This document shows, in pieces, positions 54,863 to 64,000 of a DNA stretch of 64,000 nucleotides. Numbering within the stretch: position 1 is the first letter of the stretch; the number at the start of each line of letters is the position of its first letter. The stretch is from Naegleria gruberi. Lineage: Eukaryota. The notes below the pieces were generated by a model. It was not told the DNA's origin. It saw nothing but the letters and a program-made list of their open reading frames with translations, and ran no database searches. The stretch lies in the NCBI GenBank assembly GCA_000004985.1, contig GG738846.1; one strand, given 5' to 3'. The translations under genes and the position numbers were made by a program.

Positions 54863-56353
54863 CTATTTGAGTGATGTATCAGATTGAGTCTTTTCCTTCT
54901 TTTTTGCAATTCCCTCCTGTACAGTTTCGAAAGAAACGAGAACTGTCACTATATCAATTGTAGAGTCTGCCTTAATATTGTTAGAAATGATTACTTTAGA
55001 ATGAACAGTGTCTTCCATTTTCATTTGATCCAATTTTAACAATTTCAAATCATCCAACACTCTGCACATTTCCTTAACTTCAGCATAGGGAATATTTTCA
55101 TTGGTAAAATCTTGCATATAGTCATTAAATGTTCGTATCACATGATCCAGGGAAACAGTCTCGTAAAATACCAATGATGAAATGTCTTCTCGATGTTTCA
55201 ATACAAGATCTTCACTATCAGAGCTCTCTAACAGCTTGTTAAACTGGATTTGTTGTTCAATATTTTGAACAATCGATTGTTTACGAGTCAATACTTCCAA
55301 TAATCGATGTTGGGAAAATGAAAGACTGCTAATAATTGATACTGGATTTCTTGTGGCCAGATCACTGGCAGCAATTTGGAAAAATGATGGAATATTGACT
55401 TGATTGGCATTCTTAAGCATACATAAAGAAATTACATTCTTTATCAATTTCAGAACGTGCCTCATGTCAAACTCTTCAAAGTGTTTTGATATAATCCCAA
55501 TTAAATTTCTATCAAACATTGGTTTTTCTGTTCTCTCAATAAAGGTTTTCAATTTCTCATTCAAAATTATGGTCAAATCAGTTGATGATAGTGGTCTGAA
55601 AATTAAAAGATTTTCATGACTCACAATCTGATTAGTTGTAATGCAAATAAATATACAATTGAAAGAATCAGCCCATTTCTTCAACTGTTCCCTCACTTTT
55701 GGTTTTTCAGTAATTAAACAATCTGCCGAATCCAAAACTATTAATCTCATCTTTTTGCACTTTGTAAATAGCTTGGATGGGGTAATTGATTTTAATTCTC
55801 TCTTATTAAATGACAAGTACAATATCTTACATAATTCTTTCAATGAATCAATTTGATTTGTTGAACAATCCAAAAATGGAATAGTTTCAAGTAAACTACC
55901 ATTTCCTTTCATTTGATTGATAATAAATTTCATCAAGTGAGTTTTTCCACATCCTTCCCTTCCAAATAAATGAATCACTAGGCCTCTTTGTTTTTTGATA
56001 CTATTTTCAATTTTTTGTTTAATATTCTCATACTCTTCCAGTCTTGCTTGGGGAAGAGAATTGAAATTTTCTTCATTAAAATCCTTCAACATTTGCTCAT
56101 AAATTTGTTGAATACACGAGACATTGTTTGTTGAATCGCCTTGTGAACTATCTTGGTTTGATGATTCCGATGATATCACTTTTTGGGAATTGATGACACG
56201 AACTTTCTTCCTAATTGATTGGTTTGATATTTTCCTCTTGTTTTTTTCTGTTACTATAGAATCACTATCACAGTCATCATCGGAAAAAGTTTCCTCACCA
56301 CTGCTACTATCAATGACACCTCGAGCTACAGAAGACCTTGTTCGTGGAGGCAT
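54863..56353 (-). CDS. ORC/Cdc6-family AAA+ ATPase, most similar to origin recognition complex subunit 5
   Basis: ATG in CAAAAAAATG context. S-rich N-terminus, then Walker A LVIHLFGREGCGKTHLMKFI and a Walker B/sensor region MRLIVLDSADCL (compare ORC5 IVLDKAEYL), then a helical lid and a winged-helix-like C-terminus. Subunit assignment is tentative. Confidence 0.5.
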   Translation of the reverse strand: MPPRTRSSVARGVIDSSSGEETFSDDDCDSDSIVTEKNKRKISNQSIRKKVRVINSQKVISSESSNQDSSQGDSTNNVSCIQQIYEQMLKDFNEENFNSLPQARLEEYENIKQKIENSIKKQRGLVIHLFGREGCGKTHLMKFIINQMKGNGSLLETIPFLDCSTNQIDSLKELCKILYLSFNKRELKSITPSKLFTKCKKMRLIVLDSADCLITEKPKVREQLKKWADSFNCIFICITTNQIVSHENLLIFRPLSSTDLTIILNEKLKTFIERTEKPMFDRNLIGIISKHFEEFDMRHVLKLIKNVISLCMLKNANQVNIPSFFQIAASDLATRNPVSIISSLSFSQHRLLEVLTRKQSIVQNIEQQIQFNKLLESSDSEDLVLKHREDISSLVFYETVSLDHVIRTFNDYMQDFTNENIPYAEVKEMCRVLDDLKLLKLDQMKMEDTVHSKVIISNNIKADSTIDIVTVLVSFETVQEGIAKKKEKTQSDTSLK

Positions 56354-56459
56354 TTTTTTGTTCTAATGTTTAGAGGAATTTATTGAAATGTTTTGTTGAA
56401 GGCCAACAAATTTGTTGTGAGAAGAATTATATCAATCACACATTATTAATATCAATGAA

Positions 56460-59400
56460 TTAATCATCTTCTTCAATGTCGGCATACTTGGATTTTGGAT
56501 GTTTTGATGGAGACCAACCAGAATCGTCAATCCAATCCTCCAAATCAGCAAAGGCATCACTGTAATTTGCATCATCCTCAACACACAAGGCGTAATCAAT
56601 GAATTTGTTCTTACTTCTCAGTGAACTGGTTTGAGATTTCTTTCTCTTTTTTGATTGGCTGGATGAGGACATATTTTTTCTCTTCTTCTTATTATCTGTT
56701 GATGATTCAGTGTTGAGTTTAAAATCAGCCAGTTCATCCAGCACTTCAAGAGTAGGGAATTCTTTTGTTTTTTTCATCTTTTTCTTATATATTTTGGACA
56801 AGTCTCTAATATCAAAACACATTTTCTCTATCAATTGTTCCAATTTTGTAAAGTTTTTGGTAAGGTTAAGTTCTGTATTGTTTTTGGCATTAATAGAACT
56901 TCTAATTGATGAAACCTTAGAAAGTGTATCATAAATACAACTATAATTTTCAGAGACAATCTCTAACCTTTCAATATTTTCCTTTTCGAGAGATTTTCTA
57001 ATCCTCTTTTTAAATGTTGATGAGCTATTCACTACATAGGTACATAAACCCATCATAATCTTCTCCAACTTGGATATTATTAAATCTCTATTCAAATGAA
57101 TATTATCAGATTCTGCAAATATTAAATCAACTGAATTGATAACACAATCTCTAATCTTGGAGAATAGAGCTAGTGGGCAATTTTCATCATTCAAAAGATT
57201 AGAGGAGAGGGAAAATGAAGATCCAAAACCTTTTGAAATGGTACTAGTTGTGAAACGTGTTTGCTTTTTGAATTGTTGATTGATTTTTGCAACAATGAGT
57301 TCAATGTAGGAAAGGGAAACCACAATTGTCTTGGTTGGAGAATCTTTAGACTTCATCAAGTTTGATATGTTTAACCGCGTAGGCAAATTAGTAGAGCTAT
57401 TTGGCAAGGCAGCCACCATACACGACTGAATAGAATCTGCACAATAGTCTAAAGATTTGGCAACTGTTGAAACATTCAACAGAAACATGAGTGTCTGATT
57501 AATGATAGGTGTTGTTACACTTGAAGATAAATCTTCATTGACAAGCATTTCCATCAATACACAAACAGTATCCAATCTTGCACTGCATAAAGATGAATCA
57601 GTCATTTCTTCATCTGAGTCACTATCTTCCTCCTCATCATCATTATCTTCCTCATCATCATTCATTACTCTCTTGCCATTAGAAATACCAATTGAAATTG
57701 TCAATGGATGAACACTTGATAATGTCTTGATCAACTTTAAAAAGGCACTACAAGATCTACTAGTCTTATAGGTATCTAAAAATAGTAGTTTTGTAAAGTA
57801 AAATGTTAAGGTTATAAAATCAAGTGGATTGATTGTGAAATCGTTCACAATTTGTCTTCTCCTGTTGGCTCCAGAAATATCAATTTCAAGTGGATGATCT
57901 CCATGTTCTAACATTGAAATGTTTGATGTTATAGTCTCTTGGATCTGTTTTACATTAAAGACATACTTGATAAACTTTTCCAATGATTTCATCTTACCAA
58001 ACGAATCACTAGTGCTCAGCTTGACACCCTCAAAATAAACTTGCATCAGATTGAGGATTTTAATTCTCAGTCTTTCGAGAATAGAAGTTTCTAATGAAAT
58101 ATTTTTGAGGTATATCGAATCTCTACCAATGCAGTCCTCAATTGACTGTAAGAAGGATGATTTGACAAGTCTAATTTTTGACCTCCTTGCCTGTTCTTGG
58201 TTGTATAAAGTTATAAAGAGCGTGAAAAGCGAACGAATAGTCCTAATAAGAGTAAGACTCTTTTGAGAGACTTTTCCCAATACTTGAACTTCCTCAATAC
58301 TTTTAACAGTTATCATTTTTAGGAAATTATCATTAAGTTTTTCTTTTAAAGATTCAGCATGAAAAGTTGTGTGGTCTATGAGATTAATAAGAGACATGAG
58401 CCATGACTTGTTCCATTCTACATGTTCTCCACGTATCTTGTCTGCCAAATCCACAGATAATAGAGTGCATGTATCGAATGTGAAAAGTGTATCCTTTTTC
58501 TTTTTGGATTCCTTTTCGATTTTTTGGATGAGTGAGGATATTTCTAAAAGTTCTAAAATTTCCCTTGTCATTTCTTGTTTCTCTTGGAAAATTTCCTCTA
58601 TCAATACCTGTATTAAAGGCAATATAATTGAGATTCTGTTGAATACTGACAGGTTACTATCAGAATTGTCCATATTTAATAGGCTACACAATTTAGGAGC
58701 ATCCCTAAAACTTTGCATTAGACTTTCATAAATTTTCTGAAATAATCCAATAGGACCTGATATTGCCTTTCTAGAGAGTTTGTCTAGAGTAGAAAAGCAT
58801 TTGAAAAGCTCATGTACACACTCAAGTTGTCTGTAGGAAGGCACTTTTGCATCTTCGTTCAATACTTCAAAGCAATTCATAAAATTAATCTCATATCCAG
58901 AAGATGTTAGCTGAAAAACATGTACAACTTTCGATTTCAATATTTGATATAGAATATTACTGGCCTCATCAGTGAGACAACATTTGCATTCTCCATTTAA
59001 CATTTTCTGCATTTGAAAAATAGTTGTTAGCAAATTGAAAATATCACACTAATACCTACCAAAAGGGAACTAGTCAAACACTTATACAAGTGAGATTTAA
59101 GCTCTAAATCATTGAATTTGAATGCATACTGCAGAGATACCAGAATACTCATCTGATCATCTTGGTAACTGGGTATAGATAAGAGCATCGATAACCCAAA
59201 TATTGCCAATTTCCTTCGCTCCATTATATTTTCTCTCTTTACTTCTGAGCACATCTTTTCCAACTTGGAAAGTAACTCTCCTCGTACATAATCTGATATT
59301 TCAGTCACTGGAAGCAGAGCTAAAAGTATTCTGCTACTTATTTGATATGAATATTGATCAAATGTTGACAAGTAATCGTAAAATCTTTCAATAATTGTGC

Positions 59401-61300
59401 AGAAAGCAAAGGCTCTTTCCTCTTCAAGTAATGCCTCCAATATGACAATGTTTGTATCTTTCGGGAATGGACCTTGACATTCTTCTGCGATGTTTCCAAT
59501 AACTTTTTGTAATATTGTACTCCTACTACTTTCGCAAGCTGTAAATAAGAGAATTGTACCACTCTTTCCAAGTGCAACAAGTGACTTGTTGTTCATCCTG
59601 CACCATTCCCCAAAAATGGATAGTAGTTCTTCAGATACTATTTCAACACTACATGCTGCTTTAATTATTGACTAAGAGACCGGTTATTAACAATACATTA
59701 ATAATAGAAGAAAACCTACCTCAACATATGAAATATCGCTCAATTCTAAAAGCTCTGTATCATCTTGTGGGTCTGAGGAAGAGCCACCAGATGTAGTTTT
59801 TGACTTGGGTGCAAAAAATGGTTGAATTTCTGATAATCTTTGCTCCTTAGGATCCACATTTTTCAGAAGAGACAATATATATTGATTAATATGAGAGAAG
59901 ACCTTTTCCTTAACCAATTCATTCTTATAGGCCAGTAAGAGCATCATAAAATCACAAAAATGCTCTGCAAAATTGCATTTTGAAATACTGTTAGGTTTTG
60001 TAACATAAAATTGCTCAACCGATTTGAGGAGTATAGTTAGTAAAGGTAGGGAATATTGAAAAGCTGATTGAATAATAAAATATAGATTAAGTTTAGCATC
60101 GCGATTACTATCACATTTTGAGTAGACTGTCTTGATTACTTGAATATATTCCAAATTAGTGAAATTTTGAATATTGTATAGCTCTGATAATTTCAATAAT
60201 ACTTGGACCATGCCAGAGAGTTCAACACTTTTAGGAATGGCTTGAATTTTTCTAATAATACAAACATGGAACTATTTCAATGTTTACAATTTTTCTAATA
60301 GTTCAAGAATACTTACATTTGAATCTTCCTCTATTTTCACATCTAGAAATACATTTAGTAAACTAATAAAATATTCTGCCTTCCATTGTTTTTCAAGTAT
60401 AAAGTTAATAACCTCCACATCTGTCTGTTCCTTAAATCCAGAGGATAGCCTTAGTTGACCAGAAAGACTTTGGCATGTTGAAATCATTATTGGTAGTAGT
60501 TCAATAAATGCTATTCCCCCGTTTACATTTATATTTTGACGTCTATTGTTACTATTCAAAATTATATTAATTTTTTCAATCACAAATTCCTTGATATCCT
60601 TTAGAATATGCAAAATAGAAGCATTTAATGACTCGGAAGAAATATTAGCATGTTGATAATCTTTTAACATGATAGCTAAAATATCATATCCATTAGTTGG
60701 TTTGGATTGACTAGAAATATTTGTCAGCTCTTCCTCCTCTTCATCATAAAGTAATAAAGTACTTTCTTTCCCATTGAAATCACTCCTCTCCAGTGTTAAT
60801 ATTGAAGTTGTGTTCCTAAAATGATACAAAGTAGAGTGCAGTTCACTGACTAGAGAAATAATAATTCTTCCTGAAATTTCAATATTGCTCGATTCATTGG
60901 TCGTCAATATATCGAATATAAAGTCCAAACAGCGCCTCCTGCTTTTTTCATACAGCAAAATGCACCTAATAATACTAGTGAATTGCTGTATTGTTGTGTC
61001 TTTTTCAAAATTTGTCAAATGTTCTCGGGATATGTACAGGGCTGAATTTGATAATTCTGTGAATATATTTTGTCTACTATTTACAGGGTGTTTTGAAGTG
61101 TGAAGTGATGAATCGAGAAGGAGAGTGATAGATTTTAAATCTGAACAATCCATTGCAAACAAAAGATCGGAGCAAGATTTTCCGAAAATTTGGTCATTCA
61201 CATTATTTACAAATCGATGAGATGATGCACTAGAAACATCATCATCAAAGATTATAAAAGAGGTCCCCTCATCATGTGAATCACGAAAGTTATTTATCAT
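56460..61300 (-). CDS. Large hypothetical alpha-helical (HEAT/ARM-like) protein, 1564 aa, 4 exons
   Basis: Exons 61300..60317 (ATG in AAAAAAAAAATTCATG context), 60271..59720, 59671..59060, 59006..56460. Introns 60316..60272 (GTAAGT..AAATAG, 45 nt), 59719..59672 (GTAGGT..TCTTAG, 48 nt), 59059..59007 (GTAGGT..ATGCAG, 53 nt), all phase 0; total 4695 nt. It merges four track ORFs whose apparent stops are intronic. Carries an acidic D/E/S cluster (DEEDNDDEEEDSDSDEE). No family recognised. Confidence 0.55.
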
Positions 61301-61351
61301 GAATTTTTTTTTTAATAATTTAAAATTTGGATCTGAAAAACAAACTAAACT

Positions 61352-62698
61352 TTATCGACTTTCTTTTGGATTTAAATACTTATCTCCTTGGATTTCTAAC
61401 ATTTCCTGTCTCACTCTCCATCTATGATTCTTTTGTTGGGATTGCTGATTTTTAAGGAATGGATCATTTTTCCACATGGCATTCATTTCTCTCCACCTAT
61501 TGACTGGATCATTCACCTTCTTTCGGTAGGTTACTGGCTTTTTAACATTTGATTTGAAAGGAAGTGGTTTTGCTGACTGACAGGAAATACTCGAAGACGT
61601 TGATGATCTTACCATACTAGAATTTTTACCTGTTTGTGAAGAGTCTTTTGGTGATTCTGATTTACTGGGTGTCTTGATAACAGGTTCCTTAATAGGTGTT
61701 TTTACAAGTGGAGCTGATTTAGGTCTACTAACAGGAAGAGAAGGTGGTGTATAATTACTTTCCTCAAGTGGTTTGAATTTCACTTTTGATGTTGGTGTTT
61801 GGAGATCATGGTGTGTGACATCTCTTGAAGTTATTGGTCTATGGTAATCATCATGATCTTGACTCTTTCTATTCGGTGAAGAGAATGGATAGCTAACTGT
61901 TTCAACCTTTTTCGGTGTTGAGAGATGATTCCTAGTTGGTGAAGTAAACATGTTGTTTGTTGATGTTCTTGCTGGTGAATTATATACATTTGGGGAAGGG
62001 ATATTATTAATTGTTTGAGGAGGTGCTTGAGGTTTGGTACTGAAACTAGAATTAAAACTTGTATCTCTCGCCATGTCAACCTCTTTCATAGAGGACGAGT
62101 AGTGTTTTCCATAGTATGTTGCTGTGTCATAACCTTCATCATCACTATGATTATAGTCTTCCTCATTGATATGATTGAAACTTTCATTAACTGCTGTTCT
62201 CTTAATTATTTGAACCCTTCCATCCTCATCTTCATCATCCACAGTGTTGTTATTGTTTAAGATTGGAGTATATTCTGGGAGATAGGTATTAAGTTCATCT
62301 TCTTCATAGTCATGTTCGCTTTCTGTCACTGGCACGCTTTCCTCTTCCTCCTCTTCCTGATCTTCTTCGGCTTGTTCGTCATCTTCGTCTTCATCATCTT
62401 CAGGAAGAACAGATGAAGAGAGTTGAGTTGTATTTTCAGGGTCTTCATCTTCAACCTCAATATTTTCAGTTTTAAGTTCTGCAATGAATTCCTGAACAAC
62501 GTCTTCAGGAACATCCTCATATCCAAGCCTCTCTAATTGTGCAATTAAATCACATCTCTTCATCTTTATACTTGTTGTTGATACTCTATCGTTTTGTTCT
62601 TCATGATGACTTATGTCATATTCACCTTCATCATCCTCCTCGGTTAAGGAATAGCGACTGATATGAGAGGAATTGCCACCATAGGATGATACACTCAT
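61352..62698 (-). CDS. Hypothetical acidic low-complexity protein, 448 aa
   Basis: ATG in CAAAAACAAAAAAAATG context. D/E-rich N-terminal half and S/T/P-rich C-terminal half; no recognisable domain. Confidence 0.4.
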   Translation of the reverse strand: MSVSSYGGNSSHISRYSLTEEDDEGEYDISHHEEQNDRVSTTSIKMKRCDLIAQLERLGYEDVPEDVVQEFIAELKTENIEVEDEDPENTTQLSSSVLPEDDEDEDDEQAEEDQEEEEEESVPVTESEHDYEEDELNTYLPEYTPILNNNNTVDDEDEDGRVQIIKRTAVNESFNHINEEDYNHSDDEGYDTATYYGKHYSSSMKEVDMARDTSFNSSFSTKPQAPPQTINNIPSPNVYNSPARTSTNNMFTSPTRNHLSTPKKVETVSYPFSSPNRKSQDHDDYHRPITSRDVTHHDLQTPTSKVKFKPLEESNYTPPSLPVSRPKSAPLVKTPIKEPVIKTPSKSESPKDSSQTGKNSSMVRSSTSSSISCQSAKPLPFKSNVKKPVTYRKKVNDPVNRWREMNAMWKNDPFLKNQQSQQKNHRWRVRQEMLEIQGDKYLNPKESR

Positions 62699-62901
62699 TT
62701 TTTTTGTTTTTGAAAAATTGCAGATTGTATCTCAAAGGCGCCAAATTTTGGCGCCATCCCCTTTATTTTTGTAAGGGAGCTAATATTGGTTTCAAGGTAA
62801 TTGCTCAATGTCATATATTGGCGCTAAATCATCTAATTGTATCTAACCTTCTCGTTGACATCACTAACTTTTGTTATTGATAGAAAACCATTTCACTATA
62901 A

Positions 62902-63342
62902 TTATCTTCTAAAATCCTTCTCCACTCTAGGTCTTAAATGATCTTGGAAATAATAGGAATCAATAGAGGTTCTGGTCATATTGGCAGAACCTTCAATTGA
63001 CCTTTTCGCCTTGTTTACTGCCAATCTTTCTTCCAATCTGGAATTTTCCACAGTTACAGCAACAAGAGTTATGATACCAACAATTAGCATTACAATAAAG
63101 GTGTAGCTTCCTTGTTTTGATGGAGTCAAATATGTTCTTCCCTTCAGTTTATCCATCACGGAATTAATTTCATCCTGGTTAAAGTTTGGATGTTCTAATC
63201 TCTCGTAAACATTCTTATCATTAACTTTAACTCTTCCAAATAATTTAAATTTTCTCCAGTAATTATTTTGACTCAATTCCGATTGATGACGACGAAGAAG
63301 TGATGGCTGTGCAGCTTTAAATACCGATTTTGCATTTCCCAT
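62902..63342 (-). CDS. Hypothetical N-myristoylation-motif single-pass membrane protein, about 147 aa
   Basis: Preferred start ATG 63342..63340 in TCAAAAAAATGG context gives MGNAKSVFK (an MGxxxS myristoylation consensus). One TM (YTFIVMLIVGIITLVAVTV). The track start at 63387 is 15 codons upstream. Confidence 0.4.
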   Translation of the reverse strand: MGNAKSVFKAAQPSLLRRHQSELSQNNYWRKFKLFGRVKVNDKNVYERLEHPNFNQDEINSVMDKLKGRTYLTPSKQGSYTFIVMLIVGIITLVAVTVENSRLEERLAVNKAKRSIEGSANMTRTSIDSYYFQDHLRPRVEKDFRR

Positions 63343-63367
63343 TTTTTTGATATTTTTATTAAATAAT

Positions 63368-64000
63368 TTAATCTGAAAGATTTTCATAATCTTGATAATC
63401 TTCTTCTAAAATTGCACTGTAATCATGATCTGTATTATCAATCATATTATCTATCAGTTCTTGTGTATCTATGGTAGGTTTGTATTGAGGTTTCACAAAT
63501 ATTGCACTTCCTTTGCTGGTATGGTTGTTGGGTGGTAATGCAAGGGCTTGTTTGGTAAGAAGGAGGGGTTTCTTGGCAGTTGCCTTAATGCTTTTTTGAT
63601 TTGGAGAAGAAATTTGTGAAGATTCAATATCATCAGCTGATAGTATCAAGGTTGCATCATTATCTACAGTTCTGGTGCCACTAGTTGTTGTTGGTTGACT
63701 CTTTTTCATGGTTTCTGAAACTAGTTTTGTAATGGCTTCAAAATTTTCCCAAAATGATTTCGTCTCGTTCTTTTGTAATAAGTCCTTCAAGCTCTCATAG
63801 AGAAAACTATTCTTTCTTAAAAGACTCAATTGTGATCTCATACTGTCCGAGCTAAGTTTTAAAATTCTGTTTTCCTCAAGAGTTGTTTCAATAAGACGAC
63901 TCTTTTCTTCAAGCTTTCCCTCCATATCCTTTAGTTTGAACTTTTGTTTTTCATTTTCCTTCTTCAAATTATCACCTTTTTCTGCACGTTGCACAGCCTT
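63368..64000 (-). CDS. Coiled-coil protein, 3' part; gene continues beyond the window end
   Basis: ORF open to position 63994+ (the track 'M' is GTG). It encodes K/E-rich heptad-like sequence (KENEKQKFKLKDMEGKLEEKSRLIETTLEENRILKLSSD...) and stops at 63368. The 5' end lies outside the window. Confidence 0.4.
   Translation of the reverse strand, partial: KAVQRAEKGDNLKKENEKQKFKLKDMEGKLEEKSRLIETTLEENRILKLSSDSMRSQLSLLRKNSFLYESLKDLLQKNETKSFWENFEAITKLVSETMKKSQPTTTSGTRTVDNDATLILSADDIESSQISSPNQKSIKATAKKPLLLTKQALALPPNNHTSKGSAIFVKPQYKPTIDTQELIDNMIDNTDHDYSAILEEDYQDYENLSD

Noticed and set aside
1-64000. Prokaryotic-style defence systems, CRISPR arrays, integrons or transposons
   Set aside because: The sequence is eukaryotic, with spliceosomal introns, histone, SF3A2 and other nuclear genes, and no repeat arrays or IS-like ORFs were seen.

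Overview
This window is AT-rich, gene-dense eukaryotic nuclear DNA. It contains no prokaryotic operons, CRISPR arrays or obvious mobile elements. About 35 protein-coding genes lie on both strands, and many are interrupted by very short GT..AG introns of roughly 40 to 125 nt, typically starting GTAAGT. Start codons usually sit in an AAAAATG context, and proteins carry N, Q, T and S homopolymer tracts. Together with the gene content this points to a dictyostelid-like amoebozoan, but with higher GC than D. discoideum. Gene content supporting this is an LRR plus dual-specificity phosphatase 'MPL' architecture, an AprA/PqaA-like secreted protein, a PMCA pump, RagC/D, Vps18 and CenH3. The supplied ORF track opens ORFs at TTG/GTG as well as ATG, so many track 'M' residues are not real starts and several track ORFs are exons of one gene. 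Gene models I could reconstruct by hand:
- SNF2 ATPase, 2 exons.
- FadB-type beta-oxidation multifunctional enzyme, whose start likely lies in an upstream exon.
- Mitochondrially targeted protein, 4 exons.
- Calmodulin-lysine N-methyltransferase.
- Cwc24/RNF113.
- Rho GTPase containing a 12-nt micro-exon, possibly fused to an upstream F-box exon.
- PMCA Ca-ATPase.
- UBE2J/Ubc6 E2.
- Vps18-like HOPS/CORVET subunit.
- RagC/D.
- tRNA-Ala(AGC).
- GT10 fucosyltransferase.
- AprA/PqaA-like secreted protein, 3 exons.
- Goose-type-lysozyme-like secreted protein, 2 exons.
- 1000-aa protein, 3 exons.
- NHL-repeat protein.
- LRR-DUSP.
- 1869-aa adenylate kinase 9 ortholog, 7 exons.
- SF3A2.
- Der/EngA GTPase.
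- PPR protein.
- CenH3-like histone.
- uL13m.
- ORC5-like AAA+ protein.
- 1564-aa gene, 4 exons.
All coordinates were derived by hand from the sequence and may be off by a few bases.
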